Position numbers and translations under genes: made by a program. Source: a virus (taxonomy: Duplodnaviria; Caudoviricetes). From it: DNA of 51,909 bases. Below, piece by piece: positions 17,668-25,635 of this stretch. The notes beneath the pieces were generated by a model that saw nothing but the letters and a program-made list of their open reading frames with translations, ran no database searches and was not told the origin of the DNA. The DNA is taken from positions 1 through 51,909 of the IMG/VR virus record IMGVR_UViG_3300009537_003043. One strand, given 5' to 3'. Every line of letters begins with the position of its first letter. Position 1 is the first letter of the stretch.

Positions 17668-17970
17668 TTACCCCTCCATGAGCGTGTCGTAGAGTTCCCC
17701 GCGCCCGACTAGGCGCAGGTTGCTGAGCGGGAGTGCGGTAACCAACGTGTTGCGCACGGTGTCGTAGACCACAAGCACTTTGTATCTCCCATGATTGACC
17801 AAGTGCCATGTCACCCGGGCGCTCTGCCGATGGACGTGCATGCTGTCGCCGCGGTGAATCGCGGCCATGATGCCATCGTAGTCTTCCGCCGGCAGGCCGG
17901 CCCGTTGAGCAAGCCGGCGCTTGGCGTGGATGGTCTGAGCGCGGGCCTTGTCCCCGCGGCGGCGGCGCAT
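17668..17970 (-). CDS. Hypothetical protein (HAxxRxxxR...VVYD...T pattern, possibly BECR RNase-like)
   Basis: HAKRRLAQR and VLVVYD...LVTALP. Confidence 0.55.
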   Translation of the reverse strand: MRRRRGDKARAQTIHAKRRLAQRAGLPAEDYDGIMAAIHRGDSMHVHRQSARVTWHLVNHGRYKVLVVYDTVRNTLVTALPLSNLRLVGRGELYDTLMEG

Positions 17971-17974
17971 CGGC

Positions 17975-18388
17975 TCACCATTCGTAGGTTGGCAAGCCCT
18001 CCACCACGGGCCCATCCGCGTCCAGGATCAGGTATCCGCAGCCTAGGGAACGGGCGCGATCCAGGATGGCCCATAGGCCAGTGCTCCAGAATTCTTGCGG
18101 CGACCAATTTTCCTCCGGGTGTCCGCAATAGATCAGGTAGCCGAAGGAGCGGTTATCCACGATCAGGCCGAGGTCATCGCCTGCGGCCATCCGCGCGTTT
18201 TCCGCCGCGGGGATGTGCTTGGTGCTGGCGATGAGGGTGCGGACAATCTCGTGTCCAGCCCCGGGACCCTGTCCTAGGGTGCCCAGATAGGGACGCCCGT
18301 GCTCATCCTTGACCAAGTCCTCGGGAACGCCGCGGCCCTCCACGTCGGTGACCGAGCCGTTCTGGATGCTGATGATGCGGTCGTTCAT
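17975..18388 (-). CDS. DUF5983-like protein
   Basis: STKHI, GCGYLILDADGP...LPTYEW. Confidence 0.6.
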   Translation of the reverse strand: MNDRIISIQNGSVTDVEGRGVPEDLVKDEHGRPYLGTLGQGPGAGHEIVRTLIASTKHIPAAENARMAAGDDLGLIVDNRSFGYLIYCGHPEENWSPQEFWSTGLWAILDRARSLGCGYLILDADGPVVEGLPTYEW

Positions 18389-18421
18389 AAGGCTACCTCC
18401 GTTGCAGGTTGATCGGGGATG

Positions 18422-18652
18422 TCAGGCGGCGGGGGCGTCGTAGCGTTCCGATGCCGCGCCCGCCGCCGTTGAGCAGTCGCCCACGCCGTCCTTGTGAGAC
18501 GCGCAGTAGAGGCGCCCGCGCGGGTTGACCCAGCGGGCCGGGCCGTGGCAGTGCGTGGCGCACATGGCACCGATCCACTGGCAGCGCCGCGCGGCAGGAT
18601 CGGGCCCGTCAACCGTGCGCGGGTGGATGCAATCACAGCGTGTCCGGGTCAT
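18422..18652 (-). CDS. Cys-rich hypothetical protein
   Basis: Several C/H pairs; ATGA overlap. Confidence 0.5.
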   Translation of the reverse strand: MTRTRCDCIHPRTVDGPDPAARRCQWIGAMCATHCHGPARWVNPRGRLYCASHKDGVGDCSTAAGAASERYDAPAA

Positions 18653-18840
18653 GGGGTTTCCCCTTTCGCCTTGGCGATGGCGGCGGCGGCTTTTTCGACC
18701 GCCAAAGGTAGCGGGTACGGGCTCATAATCAGGCAATTTTCAGCCCACTCCTGCAACCCCTCCAACGCCGCCATCAGGTCCGCGTTCATCTCGCGCACGC
18801 GGGCGAGTTCCGCAAAAACGTCCGTGCCTGGCTTTTCCAT
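18649..18840 (-). CDS. Hypothetical protein (DLMAALE...AAIAKA type)
   Basis: SD ggagggg; pattern common in small phage proteins. Confidence 0.65.
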   Translation of the reverse strand: MEKPGTDVFAELARVREMNADLMAALEGLQEWAENCLIMSPYPLPLAVEKAAAAIAKAKGETP

Positions 18841-18887
18841 GTCAACCCCTCCATTCACTATTGTCCGGGCAAGGCCCCGGCGCCGGA

Positions 18888-19706
18888 CTATTCCCCCATT
18901 TCCCACCCGTCCGCGCGGGCGACAATCAGTAGCGATTCCAGGACGGCAAGGCGCCGCCGCGCGTGGCCGTCCCTCTCGCCGCCCAACATGGCATCCCAAT
19001 GCTCGCGCAACCACGCAGGGTCGCGCCAGTGGCACCCGGCTTGGATCATCGGGTCTTCGGCGTGCCGGACAGCGTACATCATGCGGCCGCCAGCCGGGCC
19101 GGCAGAAAGTATGCCGTACGTGCCTCTCAGGTCCGTGCCGGCCAGGTCCGCGCCTTTCAGGTCCGCGCCGGCCATGTGCGCGCCTTTCAGGTCCGCGCCG
19201 GCCATGTGCGCGCTGGCCATGTGCGCGCCTTTCAGGTCCGCGCCTTTCAGGTCCGCGCTGGCCAGGTCCGCGCCGGCCATGTGCGCGCTGGCCAGGTCCG
19301 CGCCTTTCAGGTCCGCGCCGGCCAGGTCCGCGCCTTTCAGGTCCGCGCCGGCCAGGTCCGCGCTGGCCAGGTCCGCGCCTTTCAGGTCCGCGCCGGCCAG
19401 GTCCGCGCTGGCCAGGTCCGCGCCTTTCAGGTCCGCGCCTCTCAGGTCCGCGCTGGCCAGGTCCGCGCCTTTCAGGTCCGCGCCGGCCAGGTCCGCGCTG
19501 GCCAGGTCCGCGCCTTTCAGGTCCGCGCCGGCCAGGTCCGCGCCTTTCAGGTCCGCGCCGGCCATGTGCGCGCCGGCCAGGTCCGCGCCTTTCAGGTCCG
19601 CGCCGGCCAGGTCCGCGCCGCTTTTGATCGCTTTTTTTATCGTGGCCTTGACCGTTCGGTGCTTGCTCTTGAACAAAATGCTGCCGTCATCGCTCTTGAT
19701 TTCCAT
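18888..19706 (-). CDS. Pentapeptide-repeat protein
   Basis: 33 (G/S)ADL(A/K)-type units; C-terminal IQAGC domain. Confidence 0.92.
   Translation of the reverse strand: MEIKSDDGSILFKSKHRTVKATIKKAIKSGADLAGADLKGADLAGAHMAGADLKGADLAGADLKGADLASADLAGADLKGADLASADLRGADLKGADLASADLAGADLKGADLASADLAGADLKGADLAGADLKGADLASAHMAGADLASADLKGADLKGAHMASAHMAGADLKGAHMAGADLKGADLAGTDLRGTYGILSAGPAGGRMMYAVRHAEDPMIQAGCHWRDPAWLREHWDAMLGGERDGHARRRLAVLESLLIVARADGWEMGE
19126..19620. repeat. 15-bp tandem array, 33 units
   Basis: Near-invariant units such as ggccaggtccgcgcc and tttcaggtccgcgcc. Confidence 0.95.
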
Positions 19707-19766
19707 GGTTTCCTCGTTCAGCGGGGTATCCCGCACCGAGATGGCGGCGCCCCGCAATGGGTGGGG

Positions 19767-20033
19767 TTAGGCTTGATGGGCGTGGCGTGGGCAATACCAG
19801 CGACCGTCCTCGCCCTCCCGCCAGCCAGCCGCCCGCGCTCGGCTCTTCAACCGGGCAGTAGCCTGATCGTTGTGCTCCCGCGCCGTAGCCTGTTGGGCAT
19901 ACGTTCTTCCGCTCAACGGCACTGTGCGGATTTTTTCGGCGCGCCCAGGAGACTGCGCTGGACATTCGGCCATACAGTCCTGAACGCGGCCGTAGCCGTC
20001 GCATTTCAGCCGATTGTTCTGTATCGTGGTCAT
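19767..20033 (-). CDS. Small zinc-finger-like hypothetical protein
   Basis: CD...C and AGW...WYCPRH; SD ggagg. Confidence 0.7.
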   Translation of the reverse strand: MTTIQNNRLKCDGYGRVQDCMAECPAQSPGRAEKIRTVPLSGRTYAQQATAREHNDQATARLKSRARAAGWREGEDGRWYCPRHAHQA

Positions 20034-20151
20034 TATATTCCCTCCGTTCAGTGTCCCGGTTCCGCCGGGCCGGTGTCCCCGAAGAGATGCGCCCCGGGAG
20101 ACGCGCTAGCAGGGGGGGGGTTAAAGTACTTCCCCGGACAATTTGATGATT

Positions 20152-20454
20152 TCATCCGTCCCGCGTTTTCCCCTCGCAATTTCGGCGTATTACTCCGGCG
20201 TAGCGCGTCATGACTTGCCCAAGTCTAAGCAAGTCCCCGTCCGGCAATCCCCATACTATTTGTGTTGCGTAATCATCGGGATCGTTTTGAGGCCCCAATG
20301 GGCTTTGTCTGTATTCCCACGTTTCAGGTATGGGAAGCCCACGCATGAACATTTCCTCGGCCACGGTAAACCACCAATGCATGCAATCGCCCCACGGCTT
20401 CGAAAAACACAGCCGAAATCCTGTCATGGCGCTTGAATAAGTTTCCACTTGCAT
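20152..20454 (-). CDS. Hypothetical protein
   Basis: SD ggagg. Confidence 0.65.
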   Translation of the reverse strand: MQVETYSSAMTGFRLCFSKPWGDCMHWWFTVAEEMFMRGLPIPETWEYRQSPLGPQNDPDDYATQIVWGLPDGDLLRLGQVMTRYAGVIRRNCEGKTRDG

Positions 20455-20587
20455 CTCCCAACCTCCGTATTCTGTCTGCCCTCGTCCCGGGCTGGGTCCA
20501 ACCGCTCAGCGGTGCGCCCCTACGGGAGAGGCGCACGGGCTCAGGGGTTAGGGCCTTATTACCCATAGGGCTGTAATGTTTTTCGAC

Positions 20588-20821
20588 TCATAACGTTTCT
20601 TCTTTCGGGTGTATGATGACGGCCCCGGTGGCGTCAAATTCAGCACGCCCGGTGCAAAGCCGTAGCAGTGCGTCCACCCAACACGTATGCCCAGGCATAC
20701 AATCCCAAACACGGCGCACGGCGCGCCATTCTGGCCCGTCAAACTTTACCGGGAACTCTCCAAAAGGTTTACAATCCCGGAATATTTCCAGCGCCCGCTC
20801 TTTTGTTATTGTTTCACGCAT
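20588..20821 (-). CDS. Hypothetical protein
   Basis: Overlaps the upstream stop. Confidence 0.6.
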   Translation of the reverse strand: MRETITKERALEIFRDCKPFGEFPVKFDGPEWRAVRRVWDCMPGHTCWVDALLRLCTGRAEFDATGAVIIHPKEETL

Positions 20822-21281
20822 GATAAATCCCCAGTTCTTTCGCGGTGGCAATCCAATCCCGATAGTCCGCCAACGTGGCTTGGATATTCACGGCGCGGGA
20901 ACTTGTTGACGGTGGAAGTTCTTTCGGACAGTTTTTGTATTCCGCTTGATATACCCCGACAAGCTCCTGTTCTTCCGCAAAGGCAAGCCACAACCGCCGC
21001 GGATTCCCGTTGATGTCCTGGGGAGCCTGCAAAAGCACAACAAACCTGGGGCTGAACACCCACGCCCAGCCGGACTTAGTGGCGCCAGGGCGCCATTCAA
21101 GCGCAGTTCCGGGCCAGCCAAACTTTTCCAGAAAGACCGCCACGGCCACCCGGTGGGAATCCTCCATCAATTCTTTATCGGGGTTCGGAATGGTCACGGA
21201 AAGCCCGCTCTCACAATACGCTTTAATCCGTGAGCCCTTGAAATTGGTGGGGCCAATGTATTTTGTGCAAATTGCTTGCAT
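20814..21281 (-). CDS. Hypothetical protein, probably a two-domain fusion
   Basis: SD aggagg; MQAICTKYIGPTNFKGSRIKA half plus DINGNPRR half. Confidence 0.7.
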   Translation of the reverse strand: MQAICTKYIGPTNFKGSRIKAYCESGLSVTIPNPDKELMEDSHRVAVAVFLEKFGWPGTALEWRPGATKSGWAWVFSPRFVVLLQAPQDINGNPRRLWLAFAEEQELVGVYQAEYKNCPKELPPSTSSRAVNIQATLADYRDWIATAKELGIYHA

Positions 21282-21370
21282 GGTATTACCTCCTATCCAT
21301 TCAGTGTCCCGGGTCCGCCGGGCCGGCCTAACCGCTCCCGTCTGCCCCCCGCAAGGGGCAGGGGCAGGGG

Positions 21371-21598
21371 TCAGGCGGCGACTTGGTAAAACCGCCGCGC
21401 GGTAGGATGGTGCGCCAAGTGCCATGCAGCTTCGCCGGCGTCTATGTAGAGACTCGCCAATGCGGGGGAGCGGTGAAACCCGAGTGGATGCACTTCCAGC
21501 ACGGCTAGGGTTGTGGCATCCCACACCAACGCGACAATGACATGGTGCCCATTGTAGCCATCGGGGCGGGAGCATGTGGCAAAGTGAGTTGTGTTCAT
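21371..21598 (-). CDS. Hypothetical protein
   Basis: SD gagga. Confidence 0.6.
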   Translation of the reverse strand: MNTTHFATCSRPDGYNGHHVIVALVWDATTLAVLEVHPLGFHRSPALASLYIDAGEAAWHLAHHPTARRFYQVAA

Positions 21599-21619
21599 GG
21601 CATCCTCTCGATTCAGGGT

Positions 21620-21832
21620 TCAGGCCACGACGCGCAGCGCATCGCGCCAGTCCGCCAGGTGTTCCAGCTGCGCCGCAATTCCGTCCAGCGCCCCGCGCTC
21701 CGGTGATTCCGCGTCCGTCGCATCGCGGGCAGCGTACCGCACGCCCGCCGCGGTTACCCGCAGTTCGGCGGCGGACCCGGTCGCCGCCAGTCGCGCCAGG
21801 GCCAAAGCAAAGGCTGCTGTTTTGGTGGTCAT
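21620..21832 (-). CDS. Hypothetical protein, first early gene
   Basis: SD ggag; downstream of the predicted promoter. Confidence 0.6.
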   Translation of the reverse strand: MTTKTAAFALALARLAATGSAAELRVTAAGVRYAARDATDAESPERGALDGIAAQLEHLADWRDALRVVA

Positions 21833-21875
21833 GGTGTATCTCTCCGGTGTGGTGTGCAATGTGCCACCTGTCTCA

Positions 21876-21911
21876 ACGGTATCATATGCACACCGCAAGT
21901 CAACAAAAAAA
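21876..21911 (-). promoter_or_regulatory. Putative sigma70 early promoter
   Basis: TTGACT-16-TACCGT with an upstream T-tract. Confidence 0.45.
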
Positions 21912-21968
21912 TGTGCCTTCCTGTCGATTTTTCCGCCAGGACGCGCCGGACGCGGATTTGCGACGAGC

Positions 21969-22283
21969 CTAAAACGCCTCACCGTCCGGGGCGGGGGGAG
22001 CGTCGTCGAGATCGGGAGCCCTGGGGTCGCGCCAGGGGCGGCTTGGGTTGTAGTCGGGATGGGTCTCTCGGTCCACCTGCTCCCTGGCCCACACCAGGTC
22101 CGCCGGGCGGATTTTGCCCTGCCGCAGCAGGATCAATAGCCGCTGCGCCCAGGCCGGCAGCGGGGATTCCCCGCGCTCCCAGCGGCTCAGCGTGAGCCGG
22201 GATACGCCGAGTACGTTGGCTAGGTCTGCCTGTGAGAGGGACAGCCTGCCGCGGCAGGTCCAGACGATCTGATTTTTCAGCAT
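21969..22283 (-). CDS. XRE-family HTH regulator
   Basis: LSQADLANVLGVSRLTLSRWERG. Confidence 0.85.
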   Translation of the reverse strand: MLKNQIVWTCRGRLSLSQADLANVLGVSRLTLSRWERGESPLPAWAQRLLILLRQGKIRPADLVWAREQVDRETHPDYNPSRPWRDPRAPDLDDAPPAPDGEAF

Positions 22284-22960
22284 GATACACCTTTTGTGGA
22301 TGATTTTTTCACCGCGATACACGTAAGTTACTGGTTTGATACACTCGGGTTACTGGTTTGATACATTTTCGAGGCCGTTTGCGCGTGCCAATGTTACAGG
22401 ACGACATGCTTGCTCACGATACCTCAAGGTACACGACGATGCAATAGGGGGTGAGATGGCGCCGAAACGAAGCGGTGTATTACCACGATACATCGGATGT
22501 AAACTTGTGATACATCTGTCGTAAAAAAATATATCATCTTGGGTATTCCATGGATCAAAAAGATACACGCCCGGGGATTGCCGGTCGGCGGGAAGCCTGG
22601 AAACCGCGTAAAAAGGTGTCGCGGTGATACAAAATGGCCATGAAACAGGGGTTTGTAGGGGTTTCGAAAATGCTAACCCCTGCCGGAAAGTGGCTTTAGG
22701 TATGACAAACGGGGTTATAGGGGTATTAGGGGGTTAGTTAGTAGACAGGGAAAATTGGCAGTTAGTGATGTATCAAGAAGTATCTAAATGGATGATAAGT
22801 ATCACGATGATGCTAAACGGTGTAGCGCGTGACATGCCCTGAGGGCTGGGGCCAAAAACCGGGGTGCAAACCCCTATAACCCCGCCCGTCAATACAGACG
22901 CGGATTTGCGGGCAGGGGTTTTGTAAAAGCCGCCAGGGCAGCGGGTTTGCGGAAAACGAG
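22284..22960. repeat. AT-richer non-coding control region with GATAC repeats and an inverted repeat
   Basis: 9 GATAC then 3 GTATC; 17-bp direct repeat at 22327 and 22349; 15-bp inverted repeat at 22710 and 22870. Confidence 0.75.
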
Positions 22961-23041
22961 GTGTAGAGCTTGACAAACGGGGCGCAAAACGAGACTACTA
23001 CGGTAGATGCAATATCAGTAATCGCCAGATGGGGGACATCT

Positions 23042-23572
23042 ATGCCGCACCCCACAACAACCCCTCCCGACACACCACTATCCGCAAATGGCCTACCACG
23101 GCTAACCACAGGGCTGACACCCGCGCAGTGGGATAACGTGATAGACGCCGTCCGCCAGGGAGTGCCGGTAGCCACAGCCGCGCGGGCCGAGGGAGCCAGC
23201 GACACCACCATCAGTACAGCAATACACCGATGGAGGCGCAGGGAACTGCGGTCGCCAATCCTCATCGCGAGGGTGAAAGCCATCGTGCGCGCGGAGGCGG
23301 AGGCGGAGCAGGAGGCGGTACGCCTGGTCCGCGCGGCGGCAAAAAACAACGAGCGGTCGGGCATGATGTGGTGGCTAGAGCGGCGCTACCCCGATAGGTG
23401 GGCTCCTCGGCAGCGGATGGAGATTACCCAGACGGTCAAACAACTGCGGGCGCTGTCAGATGAGGAGGTCGCCAAACTGGCCCAGGAGGCGGCTCGCAGC
23501 GGCGGGGCGGCGCTGGAAATGGTACAGGGCAGGGATTACGAGGCCGCGAAAGGCGCAGAGGGGCCACAATAA
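23042..23572 (+). CDS. terS: Terminase small subunit
   Basis: HTH-like N-half, WWLERRYPDRW, LSDEEV; first gene of the late block; start uncertain. Confidence 0.75.
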   Translation: MPHPTTTPPDTPLSANGLPRLTTGLTPAQWDNVIDAVRQGVPVATAARAEGASDTTISTAIHRWRRRELRSPILIARVKAIVRAEAEAEQEAVRLVRAAAKNNERSGMMWWLERRYPDRWAPRQRMEITQTVKQLRALSDEEVAKLAQEAARSGGAALEMVQGRDYEAAKGAEGPQ

Positions 23573-23741
23573 GGGGTTGAGGCGACACAAAAACTGTAGT
23601 TTGTGTGTCAGGCTTTTATCTAATCCAGCCGCAAAGCCGCTCTGGCGTAGTCATGGCGCGCAAATGCGGGCTGACCCCCCGGCGGCGGGAGGGGGGTAGC
23701 GTATATGTAGAACCCAGCCCCACTTTCTGAGGGTATTTCAG

Positions 23742-23987
23742 ATGAAACCCTTCCTTCTCCCCCTTGACCCGTCCGCCCTGCCGGCCATCGGGCAGTTGGT
23801 GGTAGTGGGTCACCGCTGTGGCATGGTGGTTACGCGGATAGACCAGGAGGCCGGCGTGTACGAGGTTTCGCCGTTGCGTGCAGCGATGTTGTCGCAGAAG
23901 GTCGGCAATCGCCGCGTTCGCCGCCGTGTGGCAGCCCGGTCGCGCCACCCGGGCCGAAACAACGCGGCACAGAAGGAGACCCGCTGA
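23742..23987 (+). CDS. Hypothetical protein
   Basis: SD gaggg; TGATG coupling. Confidence 0.55.
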   Translation: MKPFLLPLDPSALPAIGQLVVVGHRCGMVVTRIDQEAGVYEVSPLRAAMLSQKVGNRRVRRRVAARSRHPGRNNAAQKETR

Positions 23988-24130
23988 TGGGCGCGATATT
24001 GAAGGTGGAGAAGCTTTCAGCCGCTGAACAGCGGCGGCAGGATTCAGCCGCTGAACAGCGGCGGCAGGATATTGAGGCTGCGGCCCGCCGTCGCAAGCCC
24101 AAGCCCCGCCCGCGCCCGAAGCCGTATTGA
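23987..24130 (+). CDS. 47-aa basic protein with SAAEQRRQD duplication
   Basis: SD aaggag; 27-bp tandem duplication at 24016-24070. Confidence 0.55.
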   Translation: MGAILKVEKLSAAEQRRQDSAAEQRRQDIEAAARRRKPKPRPRPKPY

Positions 24131-24239
24131 TTCGAGCCCGGAACCGGCCGCCCGCCACACCGTCCGGTTCCTGCGCCCCGCGGTTATCGTGTGCCCGCCG
24201 CGGGGCGCTCACCTGGCGGCGTAAGGTGAAAGGCGCAGC

Positions 24240-24312
24240 GCCCTGGTAGCTCAGGTGGTAGAGCACCCGCCTCGTAAGCGGGCGGTCGGCGGTTCGACCC
24301 CGCCCCGGGATT
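24240..24312 (+). tRNA. tRNA-Thr(CGT)-like, degenerate acceptor end, no encoded CCA
   Basis: D arm gctc/gagc; anticodon arm cccgc-ctCGTaa-gcggg; T arm ggcgg-ttcgacc-ccgcc; acceptor gccctgg/ccgggat mispaired at the top. Confidence 0.8.
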
Positions 24313-24319
24313 TTAGAAG

Positions 24320-24593
24320 GTGATGAAGATGAACCAATCTCATCCAGACAAACATCTGCCTGGGACCCGACGGTTCATCCAGCCGCATGGCCGTGGGGCG
24401 GTGGTATCGGCGCAGGACGTGCGGGAGGCGGTGTCGTCATTCGTGCGCACGGGGGGGGCTGGTGCAAAAACTTCCGCCCGGGCCCCAGGAGCGGCGGTTT
24501 TCCGTGCGGCCGAAGGCTGGCGAAAATTGCGCGGTATTCGAGGACATTTTCAGCTTGGATGTTGAAGAAGCGACGGACAGCCATGGAGCCTGA
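24320..24593 (+). pseudogene. Second SutA-like gene, frameshifted at a G8 tract
   Basis: VREAVSSFVRTGG continues as LVQKLP only if one G of 24451-24458 is removed. Confidence 0.55.
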
Positions 24594-25134
24594 TGTGAGC
24601 GCGCCTATTCCAGCCCAAGGCGAGTGGATTGAGATGGCGGACGTGCGGCGGCGGTCGCGGCCGGTCTGTTTGGTTCCGCACGAGATGCGGGCGTTTGTGG
24701 CCGACGCCGACGAGGCGCTGCTGTACAAGTCTTACCTGCGGAGCCTGTGGCGGTACGGCGTGAGGTTGACCTCGATGCATGGTGCCGCGGGCATGGCCGT
24801 GGATCACGACGTTTTCATGGACGGGCAACGGGCTCTGATGGGGCGGTTGCTGCACCACTCGCAGGCGCAGATGGCCTGCAACCCGGAGGATCGGTGGCAG
24901 GTGCTGGGGTACGTGGTGTTCGACGATTTGCCTTCCGGTCTGGTTTTGCACTACATCTACGTGAAGAAGCCGTACCGGGCGGCCGGTCTGGCGACCTCGA
25001 TGTTGCTGAAGTTGCTGGGGCGGCGGAATTTGCTGGTGGTCACGCACTGGACGGCGCCGTGGCTGGGTTTGCGGCGGGCGTTGAAGCGCAGCGGCGTGCA
25101 TCGGCTCGGTTACAACCCTTATTTGGCGCGATGA
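24583..25134 (+). CDS. GNAT-family acetyltransferase-like protein
   Basis: LHYIYVKKPYRAAGLATSML (motif A). Confidence 0.75.
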   Translation: MEPDVSAPIPAQGEWIEMADVRRRSRPVCLVPHEMRAFVADADEALLYKSYLRSLWRYGVRLTSMHGAAGMAVDHDVFMDGQRALMGRLLHHSQAQMACNPEDRWQVLGYVVFDDLPSGLVLHYIYVKKPYRAAGLATSMLLKLLGRRNLLVVTHWTAPWLGLRRALKRSGVHRLGYNPYLAR

Positions 25135-25152
25135 TGCGCGTGGAGGAGTCAC

Positions 25153-25632
25153 ATGTCAGGAAAGCCAAATAGGAAGCCGCCGTCGCGGCGGGCATCGGCA
25201 GCGCGGCGACCCCCACGGGGGGCGGAATACCGGCAGAACTTCGTGGAGGTCGTGTTCCAGGGCACGGTCTCAATGAAGACCCGCACCAACTCGCACGTGG
25301 GGGAATGGCGGTTTGCCACCGTCCTAGGCGAGGGCTCGTACCGGGTGGATCGCATCTGGACCGATGGCGTGCTGCTGTTCCTGGAGAGCCGGCGCCACCT
25401 GCCGGTTGCGGTGCCACTTTCGCAGGTGCGCTACGCGGTTCCGATGGATGAGCCTGAGCAAACCGTTCTGGCTGACATCACAGTCGACAGGGGTGTTACG
25501 GTCGAGCCTCCTCCTCTCCTGTTTAATGATGCTTTCTCCGGAGAGCTTTCGACGGCGTCAGCGCCGGAACCCCCACCGGCCCCCGAAGGCGATGTCGCGG
25601 AAGGCGAGCCCATGCAACAGGCCGGGGAGTAG
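25153..25632 (+). CDS. Hypothetical protein
   Basis: SD ggaggag. Confidence 0.65.
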   Translation: MSGKPNRKPPSRRASAARRPPRGAEYRQNFVEVVFQGTVSMKTRTNSHVGEWRFATVLGEGSYRVDRIWTDGVLLFLESRRHLPVAVPLSQVRYAVPMDEPEQTVLADITVDRGVTVEPPPLLFNDAFSGELSTASAPEPPPAPEGDVAEGEPMQQAGE

Positions 25633-25635
25633 CTG

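Noticed and set aside
19126-19620. CRISPR array
   Set aside because: Contiguous coding repeats with no unique spacers; the Cas4-like nuclease is a stand-alone phage exonuclease
18494-20213. Plus-strand repeat ORFs (GPRLS, QVRAG, RSAP repeats)
   Set aside because: Alternative readings of the stop-free 15-bp pentapeptide array
20497-21376. A bona fide integron
   Set aside because: No tyrosine integrase, and L-box spacing does not fit canonical attC; kept only as a repeat finding
17474-21832. Specific anti-CRISPR or anti-defence calls for small early genes
   Set aside because: Plausible by position, but no family is recognisable from the sequence alone
22970-22998. Late promoter at TTGACA 22970
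   Set aside because: No convincing -10 at 16-18 bp spacing
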